DNA of 64,000 bases, taken from the NCBI GenBank assembly GCA_051362555.1, contig CM120642.1, forward strand, positions 17,856,001 through 17,920,000, read 5' to 3'. The position numbers and the translations under genes are program-made. The stretch comes from Lingula anatina. Its lineage: Eukaryota > Animalia > Brachiopoda. Positions 52,211 to 64,000 of this stretch are shown here, in pieces. The notes under the pieces are model-generated. The model did no database searches and was not told the origin of the DNA. It saw only the letters and a list, made by a program, of their open reading frames with translations. Every line of letters begins with the position of its first letter. Within the stretch, counting starts at the first letter, position 1.

Positions 52211-52379
52211 CAGGCCCGTAGCCAGCAAATTCAAAAGGGGGGTTCTTTTTCTAAAAAAAGTGGACCTTTTTTAATGAAACCTTTGTGTACCTAGACAAAA
52301 TTTTACACAGAATGGACCTTTTCCTGACAAAAAGGGCGGTTCTTTCGAACCCCCCGAACCCCCCCTGGCTACAGGCCTG
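52211..52379 (+). mobile_element. MITE family A, copy 3
   Basis: TIR caggcccgtagccag/ctggctacaggcctg (one CpG-type change); TSD cattg. Confidence 0.92.
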
Positions 52380-53423
52380 CATTGTATGGCCCAGCAGGCT
52401 TGCTCTGTCCACATGCTGGTCAGAGACATGGATGGTCAATCTCGGGTCTTTGTTGTTGTGGTGAGACATGCTTAAAGATTCTGAGATATTGCTTTGAAGA
52501 TGGATAAGAGAATTCTTCTGTATAGCTGTTTCTGTGAAGGAAGCACTGCCAATGCCAATTTGTTGTTTTCGTTATTTAGTCGACAGGATGGTAGAAAAAA
52601 TTATACTTCTTTGGATAAAAAGCTCAAAATTTTGCACATGGCAGATTTGGACTCTGGCTGCTACAAGTAAGAAAGCTGCAATTTTTTTTATTTTATCTTA
52701 TTTGATGAAATCTCCAGTGCTTTTATATATTTCTGATAATGATTAAAGATTTATGCCAGGGGAACATATATACTATAATACTTGCTCTAAATGAACAGTG
52801 GATGGATTAAGATGGCTGTCTGGGTATTCCAGAAGGTTATTAAAAGTTTCCAGAGAGACAATTTTAAAATTGTTGGCCATGGAAGATTGTTCACCTAATG
52901 GAAGATCATCAGCCTTGTTTTCTAGACCCTTCTCTGGTGGCTGTGCTTAATTACCATTTCAATGAAAATGTCCAGATTTCATTGTTTGGTATATGTATTA
53001 TTTAGTTGTAATTGTGGTTGGGGATTTCTTAGAACAGAGAGGAAGTGCAGAGATGTGGAAGAAGGTGTGTGTAAACACATAAGAACTGCATTGAACTTGC
53101 TTCAATTTGATTCTCCATTGCAGACAAAATAGTCTCTTTTCTGACAACAACGGATGGTTCTTAAATAGTGATCATAGACTTTATTGAAAAAATTGTATAT
53201 TTATTGCATCCTGCGATTGGCATAAGTAGGACATTCTGAGAAAGAAGAGGAAATTCTTGAGCACACAGTGAAAACAATATATCTGAATCAGTCATTATTT
53301 CTCATGATATTATTCTAACAGAGACGAGACACTGCATCCAATGGCATGCGGCGAGAATTATGTTTAAATCTTTAATCCTCTTCTAAACGGTCCGAGAAAT
53401 AATCCTACATGTATTTAGTGCTA

Positions 53424-53480
53424 ATGGCATGGAATTTCTCAGAATTAGCATCCAGAGCAGGAGTGGTGAGCACTATGATG
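53424..53480 (+). CDS. Candidate alternative first coding exon MAWNFSELASRAGVVSTMM (alternatively 53429-53590, MEFLR...NNPC)
   Basis: ATG at 53424 is open to the donor ATG|gtaaga (phase 0). An overlapping frame from ATG 53429 is open to TGT|gtaagt at 53590 (also phase 0). Confidence 0.3.
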
Positions 53481-54609
53481 GTAAGACTAACAGGAAGGGA
53501 TATAAAAAGGGAACATCTCTTCAGCTTCACATGGGTGAAATGAGAAGCAGTCTGTTTCGTCATCCCTTTCAGCTGTGGAACAATCCATGTGTAAGTTGTT
53601 TTTGTCATTTTCTATTTTTACTTGTGGAGGAAAAAGGTACCTCTTTGATTCACATAGTTTAATAAGTCCATCAGATGTAAATGATGGATATCCATGTCTA
53701 ATTTATCTGTATTTAATGTATTGTTATAAATGATGCTTAAAATGGCAGGCAGCAGGATTTTCATTCAGATAGTTCTGTGAACTTTCTTTATTTAAACTAG
53801 CTGTTGTAGGTATTGTTTTGAAACATATGCATTTAAAGATCATATATAATACTATAATAATTGGTCTATTCTAAGTAATAACCAAGGATGGATAAAAATG
53901 GCTGTCTGGGTAGTCTGGGAGATCATGATTTTCAACCACATCTGTTTAAGTGTCAAATAAAGTGCTTTGCCAAGGTACTGGTGTAGATGGCAGTCATAAT
54001 ACCTTTGTCCTTTCTATCCTTGAAGGACTAGATGGTGTGATCTCATTTTATTTTCCGACCAATCTAAACATGTAAGTTTTTGGCTTTCTGGTGAACCTTT
54101 TCCTTCAGTGCGACCTGTTATAGCCTGCTCTTCGTGCCTATAAATATGCCCAACAAAGTTATTATCAGACTAAAATGAAAAATTTCCCAGAGCAATGAAA
54201 TCTGTGAAGTATTTTGTTCTACTGTTGAATTGCCCTTGTTTGGTTCACCTACCACAATCAGAGATGCCACAACCAGGAACTGAAGATCACACCTACCACA
54301 ATAATGGCCTTTTTTATAAACGGTTACTTACTCAGTTGTTTGATCAAGCATTTAGTTCAAATACAGCTATCTTTATAACCATTCAAATACACTAATTTTT
54401 AATGGAATATACTGCTATTGTATATTGTGCAAATCAATTTATTACATGAATTAGAATTTTACCATTTCCATTGAGATCAGTTGTAAAACACAGCACAGTT
54501 GTACCAATAATGTTCTTATACAGCAGGTAATAGATGCATACATATATTGTCCCATCCATTATGGGTATAGAAAATCCACTTTCTTGATTCTGTTGGGAAA
54601 GCAACCTTA

Positions 54610-54824
54610 GAGTGTGTTCCCATAGATTTAGATCGATCCATCTAGATCAACCTAACTCCCTGGGGGTTCACATTAAATTGCTGTCAGCCGAGCGCACATG
54701 GTAGTTAATTACCCCCTTGCAGCTTTTAGTAGGCAGGACAGACATTTAAGCCTGCTAAGCTTACAGTAATCTAGTGAGACTCCCCACAGGGAGAGATCGA
54801 TCTAAAATCTGTGGGAATGGGGTC
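54610..54824. mobile_element. MITE family C copy with intact TTA TSD
   Basis: tta|gagtgtgttcccatagatttagatcgatc ... gatcgatctaaaatctgtgggaatggggtc|tta. Confidence 0.85.
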
Positions 54825-57800
54825 TTACTGTGTTCTGTTTAGAACCATTATTTACATAAAATGGTTGAGAGTTGGTCAGAGTTTTGGCTCCATAAATCTA
54901 CCGTTCATCGAGGGTAATTGAATCAAAACATTATAACAGACATCTTGTGCCAGAAAATTATTGTCTTGATCGATGAAACTTTGTACTTTCCTTGCTGGAT
55001 ATGGCTCTGTGTCCAAATTTCATTATAGGCTGTCAATATTAAGCAGGAAACACTTTTGGATTGGAAAAAAGATTAACTGTTTGTGGAGTGCTTTTCCAAG
55101 GAGACAGGTGGGATTTGTACAGGATATTATTTTTTTTTTCAACCTAACTCAATTTTTATATTATGCTATTTGATGGGAAGATTAACCACATCCCAAGGGT
55201 GATAATTAGAAGACTAAGAACAGATTTCAATTTCCTTTCTGGAAGATCTTTATAAATAATACAACCAATTTTTGAAGACCTTATTTATTTCTTGGATCCA
55301 ACCGCCTTTGACTAAAACCATAGAGAACAATATTTGGCTTCAAAAGCCATAAATGTTTTGCCGCATTTTAAAATATTTACTCCCAAATCCAGATTAATTG
55401 TGGCGGGTGTTTCCCAGCACTTTATGGCTCTAGACCTTGGAGAGAGATCAAAATGTTGGTGCTAATGGCTGCACTATATTCCCTGGACTACCTTTTTTGC
55501 CCAGTGCACCTAACATATCTGCATCAATATAGCAATGGGTATTTAAAAGACATGGCAGCAAGTGAGGCATGCATCCTCTTCATAGTCCATGGCTTGCTGC
55601 ACATTGAGCCACTGAACCATGCACTGTCAAGAGTATTCCAAAAGGACAAATATATTTCGTATGGTTCAGAAGCAGCAATGTGGGCTATGTCATCAAGTAA
55701 AACTTATTTGTGTAGCTTTTTGATGTATTTTTCTTGAAGTGCTGTGAAGTTGATTTTGACTGGAGCCAAATGCACATCAGACCATGTATTTGGGAGCCTT
55801 GGGAATTTGTGTTAAAGAACAGCAAAGAGATTGTACAAGATCAGGGGTAAATTATCTGCTGCACAGAACTTCACTTACCTACTGAGGATCAAAGTTATTT
55901 GCAGAAGAACATTATGAATGATATCTGAAATGGCTAACTTATGTCTCCAGCCTCAAGCCAATGCTCATCATGATTTATTATGGATTCTCTAGTAAAAGGA
56001 GGGATGAAAGTTGTCATTGCTGTCTGTGCCACTTCTGCAAAAGAATATAACTTTAAAAATGGGACTCCAAAAACTAACTTGTTTATAATTCTAAGGATTA
56101 AATCTATATTTTTCATAAAACTGCTTTAATTGGTCAAGTTTTATTGTCTACCAAAATAAAAATAAAAAAAAAACAATAAAACTGCCAGATATTTCCACAG
56201 ATATTTCACAGTTTCAATGATGACCCTGGTATAGAACTAATCCCTAATACAGTAACCCAATGGGTAGTTATTGATCACAACAGATAGACCAATTTAAGTA
56301 TAGTTTGCTTACCAGAAGGAGCATTTAAAGTTAGGTCTGGCACAGTAAACACGGCTTGTGCATTACCACTGTGACTTCAAAATTAAAAAGTAGTCTGCCT
56401 GGAGCCATCAGCGGATCCAGAGGGACTGAAGCCAATATAAGTATGTAGAGGAAAGTCAACTTAGGAGGACTGCATGTTCCGGGAACAAGATGATTAGTTA
56501 GGCTTTATAGGAGTTGAGTCATATAGGCCATGCTATATTGCCTGATTCTGTGAATCAAAGGTTGCATCCATGAACCAATTATGCTTTGTTATTTAAAAGG
56601 GGCAATTTGAAAATTAAAGCGATCTCAAGAGCACTTCGTAAAATCTGTAGTTCAGCCATTATGCATCCTATTGATTGGTTGTCATTTTGTACCCTTCAGA
56701 TGAAAATTGGTGCTGAGAAGTATACACAGCCACTGGCTTCTTTGAATCTGTATTGGAGACAATATTTTACATTCCATTTCAGACTCATTCAAGAATCAGG
56801 GAGAAGATATTTTAAGTTTCATTTGTCTGGAAATTATCCACGAGTTACCAGTTTCTTGATGTTCTTTTGTGACAAGAGTCCTTTTGATAGTGTATGCATG
56901 GGGTTATCTAATAGGGAAAATGGCATGCAGTTATAGGAATCATCGGAGATACAGATACCACAGTCTTGCAACTTAATTTACTCAAAATCAAGCAAGATTT
57001 CATGGGATTTTTAGGAGAGTGGCTTCAGAATTAGCAACAGAATATGAAGTGTGGCACGGCAGAATATATCCATGGATATTTTTATGGTTGTTGTTTCTTA
57101 GTAAGATTTGTCAAATAACAAACTGTTGCACAAAAATGAATTCACCATTGTACATTGAGCAAGTCACTTTTGTTTTGCTTTCTTCGACAATATTCCAATG
57201 CATAGTGCTTTATCATTATTGGTGATGTTAACCTCACCTCTAGCGGATTTTCCCAAATTTTCTTGTCTTGTATTTCTGATGATTTACATTGTGTTCATCA
57301 TTCACCTATAATTGCACTGACAACTTATGCAATGTGATATGGAGATATTTGATTAAAAAAATAATTGTGTTTATTGATTGTAGTAAATAAATCATGGAAT
57401 CCGACATCTAATAACTCAAGCAAAGGTTTTGAAAATCCAATTTATAATAGAAGACTGTCAGTTAAGTAATGGTAGTATGAGGTCATGTGGAAAGTGGAAC
57501 AGTGATTTTTAGTGGAAACTCATATGTACATTTCAATTTCTCTCATTTCTGCACTGGTTATTATTTATTCATTCTGAGGTGGAAATGTCAAAGAACAAAA
57601 TTTAGTTTTTAAAAGAAACTAGTCTCAGTTGTCAAACAGTCAAATATAAAGATGTTTTGATGTTAAATTAGAAACATGACAATTTTAATTCCACGCTTTA
57701 ATTAATTCATTCTATAGGCACTGTGAATTCTAGATAAAATGAAACGGATATTTATAGCCAGCTCCTAGCAGTAATTGCTGTCCTATATTGAAAGGATTTA

Positions 57801-58399
57801 TTGTTCAATAACTTACAATACCAGCTGAGCCTAGTGCATTAAGTGGGGCCTGGGCATGCTCTGTACTTAGTGTTAGTACCCTAAGAAATATGATTTCAGG
57901 ACCATTAGACTATCAGTATTAAAAACTGCTGGTCATTTATCAAATGGGAGGACAGGGACAAAAGATGATTGACAAAATTTTTGATATATTGTGCTTGCCA
58001 GCTTTGAGCAAATGAGTGAACCATTGCTAAATGTTCAGTGGGTTCCTGTATTCGCTCCATTTATGTTCCTTATAAGTTTTGATTGTTTACCTCGCTTTGG
58101 TTGATGTCCACGTTGTATCAAGTCTAGATGGAAATTGAGATACAAATCTAATCCGATTCTGGCATATTTGCTTGGAACATTGAAGATTACTGTCTGTGTG
58201 GTATCCGTAGTCTTTAATGGAACTGATGGTAAAATATGAAAACTGGGATTATTCAGACAGAATGAGACTGTCACGATATGCAATGACAATTTTCCAATAC
58301 CATTAAGAAACTGATGTGGGAGGCACATAGGGTTTGAATTAAATCTGAAGATCACATTGCAGAACGGATGCCTATTTATTGTAAGCAGAAAGGTTTGTC

Positions 58400-58483
58400 A
58401 TGCCAGTTAGGAAACCAGTGAGGAGACCGCCATTGGCATTTCAGCACATCCGCAGGCATAAAAGAAGGAAGCATTCCAAAAAG
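58400..58483 (+). CDS. Candidate alternative first coding exon MPVRKPVRRPPLAFQHIRRHKRRKHSKK (phase 0 donor)
   Basis: ATG-initiated 28-codon basic peptide ending at AAG|gtaatg, the same phase as the 51200 donor. Confidence 0.4.
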
Positions 58484-61400
58484 GTAATGAAAATCATGGT
58501 ATCTGCTGCATTACAATTTCAAAAGAAAAGTTGCACTCCAGAAAATGCATGGAGTCAAATGTTTGTTGAATGTTGTGGTTTGATCAAAATATTTTCTCAA
58601 AAATGACACAAAAACATAAATTTCGGGCATATGTCTTTGTTACAGCAAATGATTTTTCAAATATATGTTTATGTATCTTGTATTGGCTATTTGCCCAAAT
58701 AATACAAAATATTTCACTGATAAATGCCAAGATAATACTCATTTCACCTACTGGGAAAGTTGGCAGCCAGTGCTGGAAAGTAAATTAATGAGACGGCTAA
58801 TTACAAAGAAAATGGAAACTTCATCTTCCATTCTATCGATTGACGTTCTCAAATTTTCTGAAAAATAGGATGAGTTTACAAAGTAGGCTACAGAGATCAG
58901 ATGGTTATACAGACAGTTATGTGAGGTTCTTTTCATTATACATGTAGTACTTTTTTTTTTTTTTTTCGTTTGAAACTCTTGAATATGGATTAAAAATTTA
59001 TCACAAAGCCACAATTCTGGAAATATTTTTATCAACCTATCCATCACTATACTGTTAGTAAAGATTTGTTTCTAGGAATTGATTTCTGAGCAAATAAAAG
59101 TTAAGGTGTTGACAATTCATGTTTTTTCTTTTGGATGACTGTATTAAATTTTGGATTATATTATCACCAAAAATTATTTAATTTGACCTAGTAAACATTA
59201 CACCAGTTATAGACAATGTAAATGAGTCTTAAAGTTTCCCATTTCTCTCGGAATATCTTTCTTTATTGAAAAACCAGTAGAAAGGTAGCAAGTTTGCAAA
59301 TATTTCCAAGCGCAAATCAGTTTTCTTGATATCGGACAGTGTGCTTTGCAGTCTTGCAGTGTTGAGAAACCTGCATTGGTGCACACCATGATCATACTGA
59401 TATCAGCTCTGACATTTGAGGAACTTTTTTCTAAGAAGACTCAGTTTTTAGTTAGAGACTTAGTTTTTAGTTTTTATCTGTGAAAGTTTAAGACCAGTGA
59501 TAAAATAACACAAATGTACAGTTTAATTTAATTATATATACTTGTAGGATTTTTAGAAGGAAACAAACTAAAAACAATGTGTTTGTGTAAACCAGTATAG
59601 GTAGCGGTGAAGAAGTATATTTTGGATAAAACACATGCAAGAATCTACCGTTTCTGTAATCTACCCAAGTTTCAGAGATGTTAAGCTGTGTATCACTCAG
59701 CAAGAAGATGAGATATGCTGGTAACTCAAGATATTCCTGGAACACTGAGTGTTTATACATGCTCTCCATTTCTTTGACCTTTCTAAAATGTTTTTATCTC
59801 TTCTTCCACCTTACCATTGGGGTATTAAACACAGTGTACCAATGTATGTAAGTGTCTGTACCTGTGTGTTTGATGAAACCAAACAGCAGTGATATGGTAG
59901 GTAGAAAGTCATTACTAGTCTCTTATATTTATTGTATAGAGATTTAAGTATGGAAAAAGAGAGAGGGGAGCTGATGTAGAATTGAATTTACCTTGAAAAT
60001 AATTAAGTCTATATTGCAGAGATATTTAATAACTTTGTTCAGTTATGTCCTGGTATTTAAGGCTCTGAGGGTTAACTTATATCCTGTCAAAATGGGAAGT
60101 CATTTCTCATTTTATTTTTCTTTTTTTTTTTTTTCTGAAAAAGTCTGGCATATAATTGAAACTAGGACTTAAAACAAGGGCAGTGAATGGTTCTTTTTCT
60201 GAGTGGATGCTATAGTTGCTATTAGAAGAGTTTTAGATACTGTTGCAAATCTTTAACATCCAAGGAATCCCTTATTGATTTCTGCTGTAGCAAACTGCAT
60301 AAGAGTGGTATATGTAGTGGAAACTATAAAAGTGTTTCAGAAAAATATCCAGTTTTTAGTGAAGTCATAAATCTTCTCTGGTAATCCAAAAAAGAAAAGA
60401 CAGAGACTTATAACTGTGTGTCATGTCTGCCAGGTTTGTAGACAGTGTCCCTTGGAGATAACCACATTATATAATGAATTAAGATTTTTTGGAAAGGTTT
60501 TTCCAAACATTATTTATATATTATTTGACAAAATATTCTTGATTATGTTTGTGCTTCTACTAAAAATCTAACTTAGAAAAAAACTTAATTGCTCACCTTT
60601 TGTGATTCTCGGTATTTTTCCGGAAAGTAGTATCGCTCTCTTTGATTATTAGTGACATCATATTTGTGCAAAACTAGAGCATGCAAATGTTATATTATTG
60701 GCCTCAAATCAATAACTTATCAGTCAAAAGATTCTCAGTCAACTGATAAATTTATGGTCTTTTTGCTTCATAGCCCTCAAAATGTGATGAGTCATCCCCT
60801 TTTTTCACAAAGGGGAGGAGAGAGTGAATTAGGTCTCATAATAAAACTGCAATCTTGTGTGTTCTTAGAAACTATTGACCTCCAGCTGTGGTTTGCGGGC
60901 AAAAGAGATGTATATATCTGATGGAACCGTACCAAAACCTATTGCAATTGCTTGGAACACAGTCAATATATTGGTTGAACAAGTTCGGATTGAATTCCGT
61001 TTTAGCACAGGCAAACTGTTGGTACCAGATGACATTACAATTGTTCATCTTGCTGATATATTTCTGGTTATATGTTTTAATGAGATGTGAATATGAAACT
61101 TACGGAACCTTCTGGTAACCAATGCCAATGCTCAGAGCAATGCAGTCACAGTGATATAGTCACGGTCAGAATGTTAGTACTGGAGTATTGAAATGGCTTG
61201 AGAATGGTGAAATTCTATGCAGTTAATGGCAGATGGGTGCACTCATTGGTAATGTACTGGTACTGTTTTATTTTATTCATAATGTTGCAGACACTGCTTA
61301 AAGTGTGAAGTCCATGAACAGTGTCTTTTCTGGCTAACTACATTACTGATTCCAGAATATTTATTGGTTACACAGTTGGTTTAGGAATTGGGGGTAATTT

Positions 61401-61863
61401 TGGGCAATTTTTTTATTTTTACTGAAAAAAGGGTTGACTATAACTGTGAATCATTGAGTTCAAAAATGGGGATACTTCTTCATGAAAGTACTTTTTGCTT
61501 ACTAAGTTTTTGAAAACTGCCATTTTCACTTTATAATTAAATCAGAATTTACAACTAGGTATGGAGAATGTAAGGGAGAGATTTATAAAATAAATTAAGT
61601 CATTGCTGAATGGAGTCTGTTCAATGTGGACTTGCTGGGAATTGAAGACAACATTTCATAATGATCCATTTATACAGGAGTTGATTATGATTCAATTATG
61701 TATGGAAATTTGCTATTTAAACTTTCAGTTTTGATGGTAATGAGGTTACTAGCTATATAGTCTTCTAAGATTGTTGCCTGAAAGATGAGATTTATAGTAT
61801 GACAGCGCAATCATGAAGTCATGTAATTTAGCTATGATGCAGGTGGTTACTAGTTTGATGATG

Positions 61864-61908
<45 letters not shown>
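61864..61908. repeat. (GT)n microsatellite
   Basis: Seen directly. Confidence 0.95.
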
Positions 61909-61910
<2 letters not shown>

Positions 61911-63552
61911 TTAAAGCTGCTGAGCTGATTTTTAGCATATTCTTTTTCGAAATGTTGTCATTTCTTTGAAGCTTTCTGAAGGGGGTGTTATAAAGAATTC
62001 TTAAATGTATTGCTGGATAACTTCAGAATTTTCTTAATCCCTGTGAATTTAACTTGTACATCATAAATGACCATTTTGCAGTTTAGCTTTGTTCTTTTCA
62101 TTTCAGACAGAAGAGGTGCTTCTTCCTCCAGGCTGGGAGAAACATGAAGGTGGGTACAGATCTTTACAATCCTTTGTGCAATGAAGACAGAGAAAAAAAT
62201 CAAATGTTCTCTAGATGGCCTTTCGAAACACTTTCTCAATTACACTTGCAAGGTATTTTGAGCTTTTCTCCGTGATTTTCATTGTCCTTATTGTGAATAC
62301 CTCTTACAGGTATATATCTCACATTTGATATTGGTAGAAATGATATTCACATCTAAAAGTTCTACCACAGACCAAAAATGATACTAGTGTTTTTATTTGG
62401 GGGGAGGGGGTTGTTGACACCAATAAAAATTAATTTCTGCTTATGTGCCGTGGCATTTTGTCTAGACTTGCAATAGACCTCCTACATGATCATTTTAGAG
62501 ACAATATAACACAAGAAAGATCTCCATTAAGACAAACACCATGCTTATTTGAAGTAAGTGATGTTGAAATACTGCTGGTAGATGTTTCTCGTCTACCTCC
62601 TCTTGTGTTGTAATTCTTGATTGTTCCAAGTAATGTTTTTATTTTTCGACTGTGGAGGATGGAAAGCAGACAGTTATCACTTTCTATTCCCTGTTCATTC
62701 ACTAAAATTATAGTATCTAGATATTAACTTAAGCCTTGTGTTAAAAAATCTTCAGGGGTCCCAAATGGCCATTTCCTTGTACTTTGTCAGGTAGTAACAA
62801 AGCAATTTTTTCACAAGTGTTCAAAAATTGTGATCTTTTTCCATTTCAAAATACTAAAACATCAGTTTCTTATCTCTGTGATATAATCAACTGCAGCCAG
62901 ACCGGCTTTGTCACAGGAAACTAATTGTAAAGACAAAAAGAGAAGTTATCAGACACATGAAATGCCAAGCAGTAGCTTTTGAACTAAGTAATCCAATTTT
63001 TGTCATCAAGGAAACAATCAGTAAGAGTGACAGGTGAAGCTCTAATAAATCTGTAATGTCTGTTTGAGCATCCTGCTGCAAACACCCACGGATAATTTCC
63101 AGACTGTTCAACTCTGCGTAACGACAGCCCTATGCTAGAATTTGTTTCTAATCAGCCTTGGAAACTTGAAGAGAGAAACAATTCTGTTTTCCATGTGCAG
63201 CAAGTAATAATATCAAAGAATGCTGTATGTGTGATGGTGGGTTTTTGTGCTGCAGGAAAGGTTTCCAACCACTTCATGTTTTTCAGATTCTGAAGTGTGT
63301 GGATGCAGAGATAAAATTAATTCAAGCAGCAGGACATAATCCATGGGATATCGTTATTTGTTTCATTTTCAAATGATACAAGTAACTGTACAGTTAAATG
63401 TACAAGTGACGTACTTGATCAGAGCTTATTATATACCAAAGAATTGTATACCAGTATCTGCTTATCACATTTGCCAATCAACTACACCGTTAAGTTGCCA
63501 AGGTGATCAGGACATGGACACATATTATATATATTGTGTGCTCATATCTTTG

Positions 63553-63567
63553 TCTCTTTCTCTCTTC

Positions 63568-63606
<39 letters not shown>
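63553..63606. repeat. Interrupted (CT)n microsatellite
   Basis: Seen directly. Confidence 0.93.
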
Positions 63607-63611
<5 letters not shown>

Positions 63612-64000
63612 ATTTAATGCGAACCACTACATTTTTATATTCATGCTCAGTCTAAATGGACATTTTATTCTTCTATAAGCATGTTTCATAAAAACAAATA
63701 TGGATATTTAACCAATACAAATCTCTTTAATACATTTTAATGATGTATTTATTGATTTCTATTCAATTAGTGCCCCCAGACCTTTTTCCTTCAATTCAAC
63801 AAAACTGTATTTGGACTATCTGTTAAGGCTTGGAAATGAATGTTTCTTCAAGCACTGGGTTGTCATGGCAACAGCTGATAATCTTGTCCCTAATCTAGTC
63901 TCTATCTTTCAGTATACATATAACTTATTTTGGCAACCTTTGATAAGACTACATTCTGTTTGGAATCAGAAGAGTAAGAGGAAGGGTATCATGCTGACTC

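Noticed and set aside
1-64000. Autonomous transposase, reverse transcriptase or viral ORFs, and the remaining 60-125 aa ORFs
   Set aside because: None long enough or recognisable; consistent with random ORFs in AT-rich intronic DNA.

Overview
AT-rich eukaryotic DNA, most likely from an invertebrate animal (inferred from GT-AG introns, microsatellites, a Meta-core tRNA SINE and a TRIM-NHL gene). No prokaryotic system, CRISPR array or RNA gene is supported. One clear single-exon CDS encodes a 658-aa RING/B-box1/B-box2/coiled-coil/NHL (TRIM-NHL) protein on the minus strand (9063-11039). Two phase-compatible coding exons (49187-49757, 51062-51200) belong to an unidentified large plus-strand gene and encode a disordered segment with an FxNPxY motif and several SH2-type tyrosine motifs. 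Several lower-confidence micro-exons and alternative first exons are also visible. The rest is intron-like DNA dense in non-autonomous DNA transposons: a CAG-terminal 169-bp MITE family with 5-6 bp TSDs, a palindromic TWA-TSD Harbinger/Tourist-like family, and a CACTA-like element. The best leads are an inverted MITE pair bracketing the two exons (a candidate circRNA configuration), the tyrosine-motif segment, an apparent array of alternative first exons, and the intronless TRIM-NHL gene possibly nested antisense. All calls were made by eye with no database searches, and I cannot establish a truly novel system from this sequence alone.
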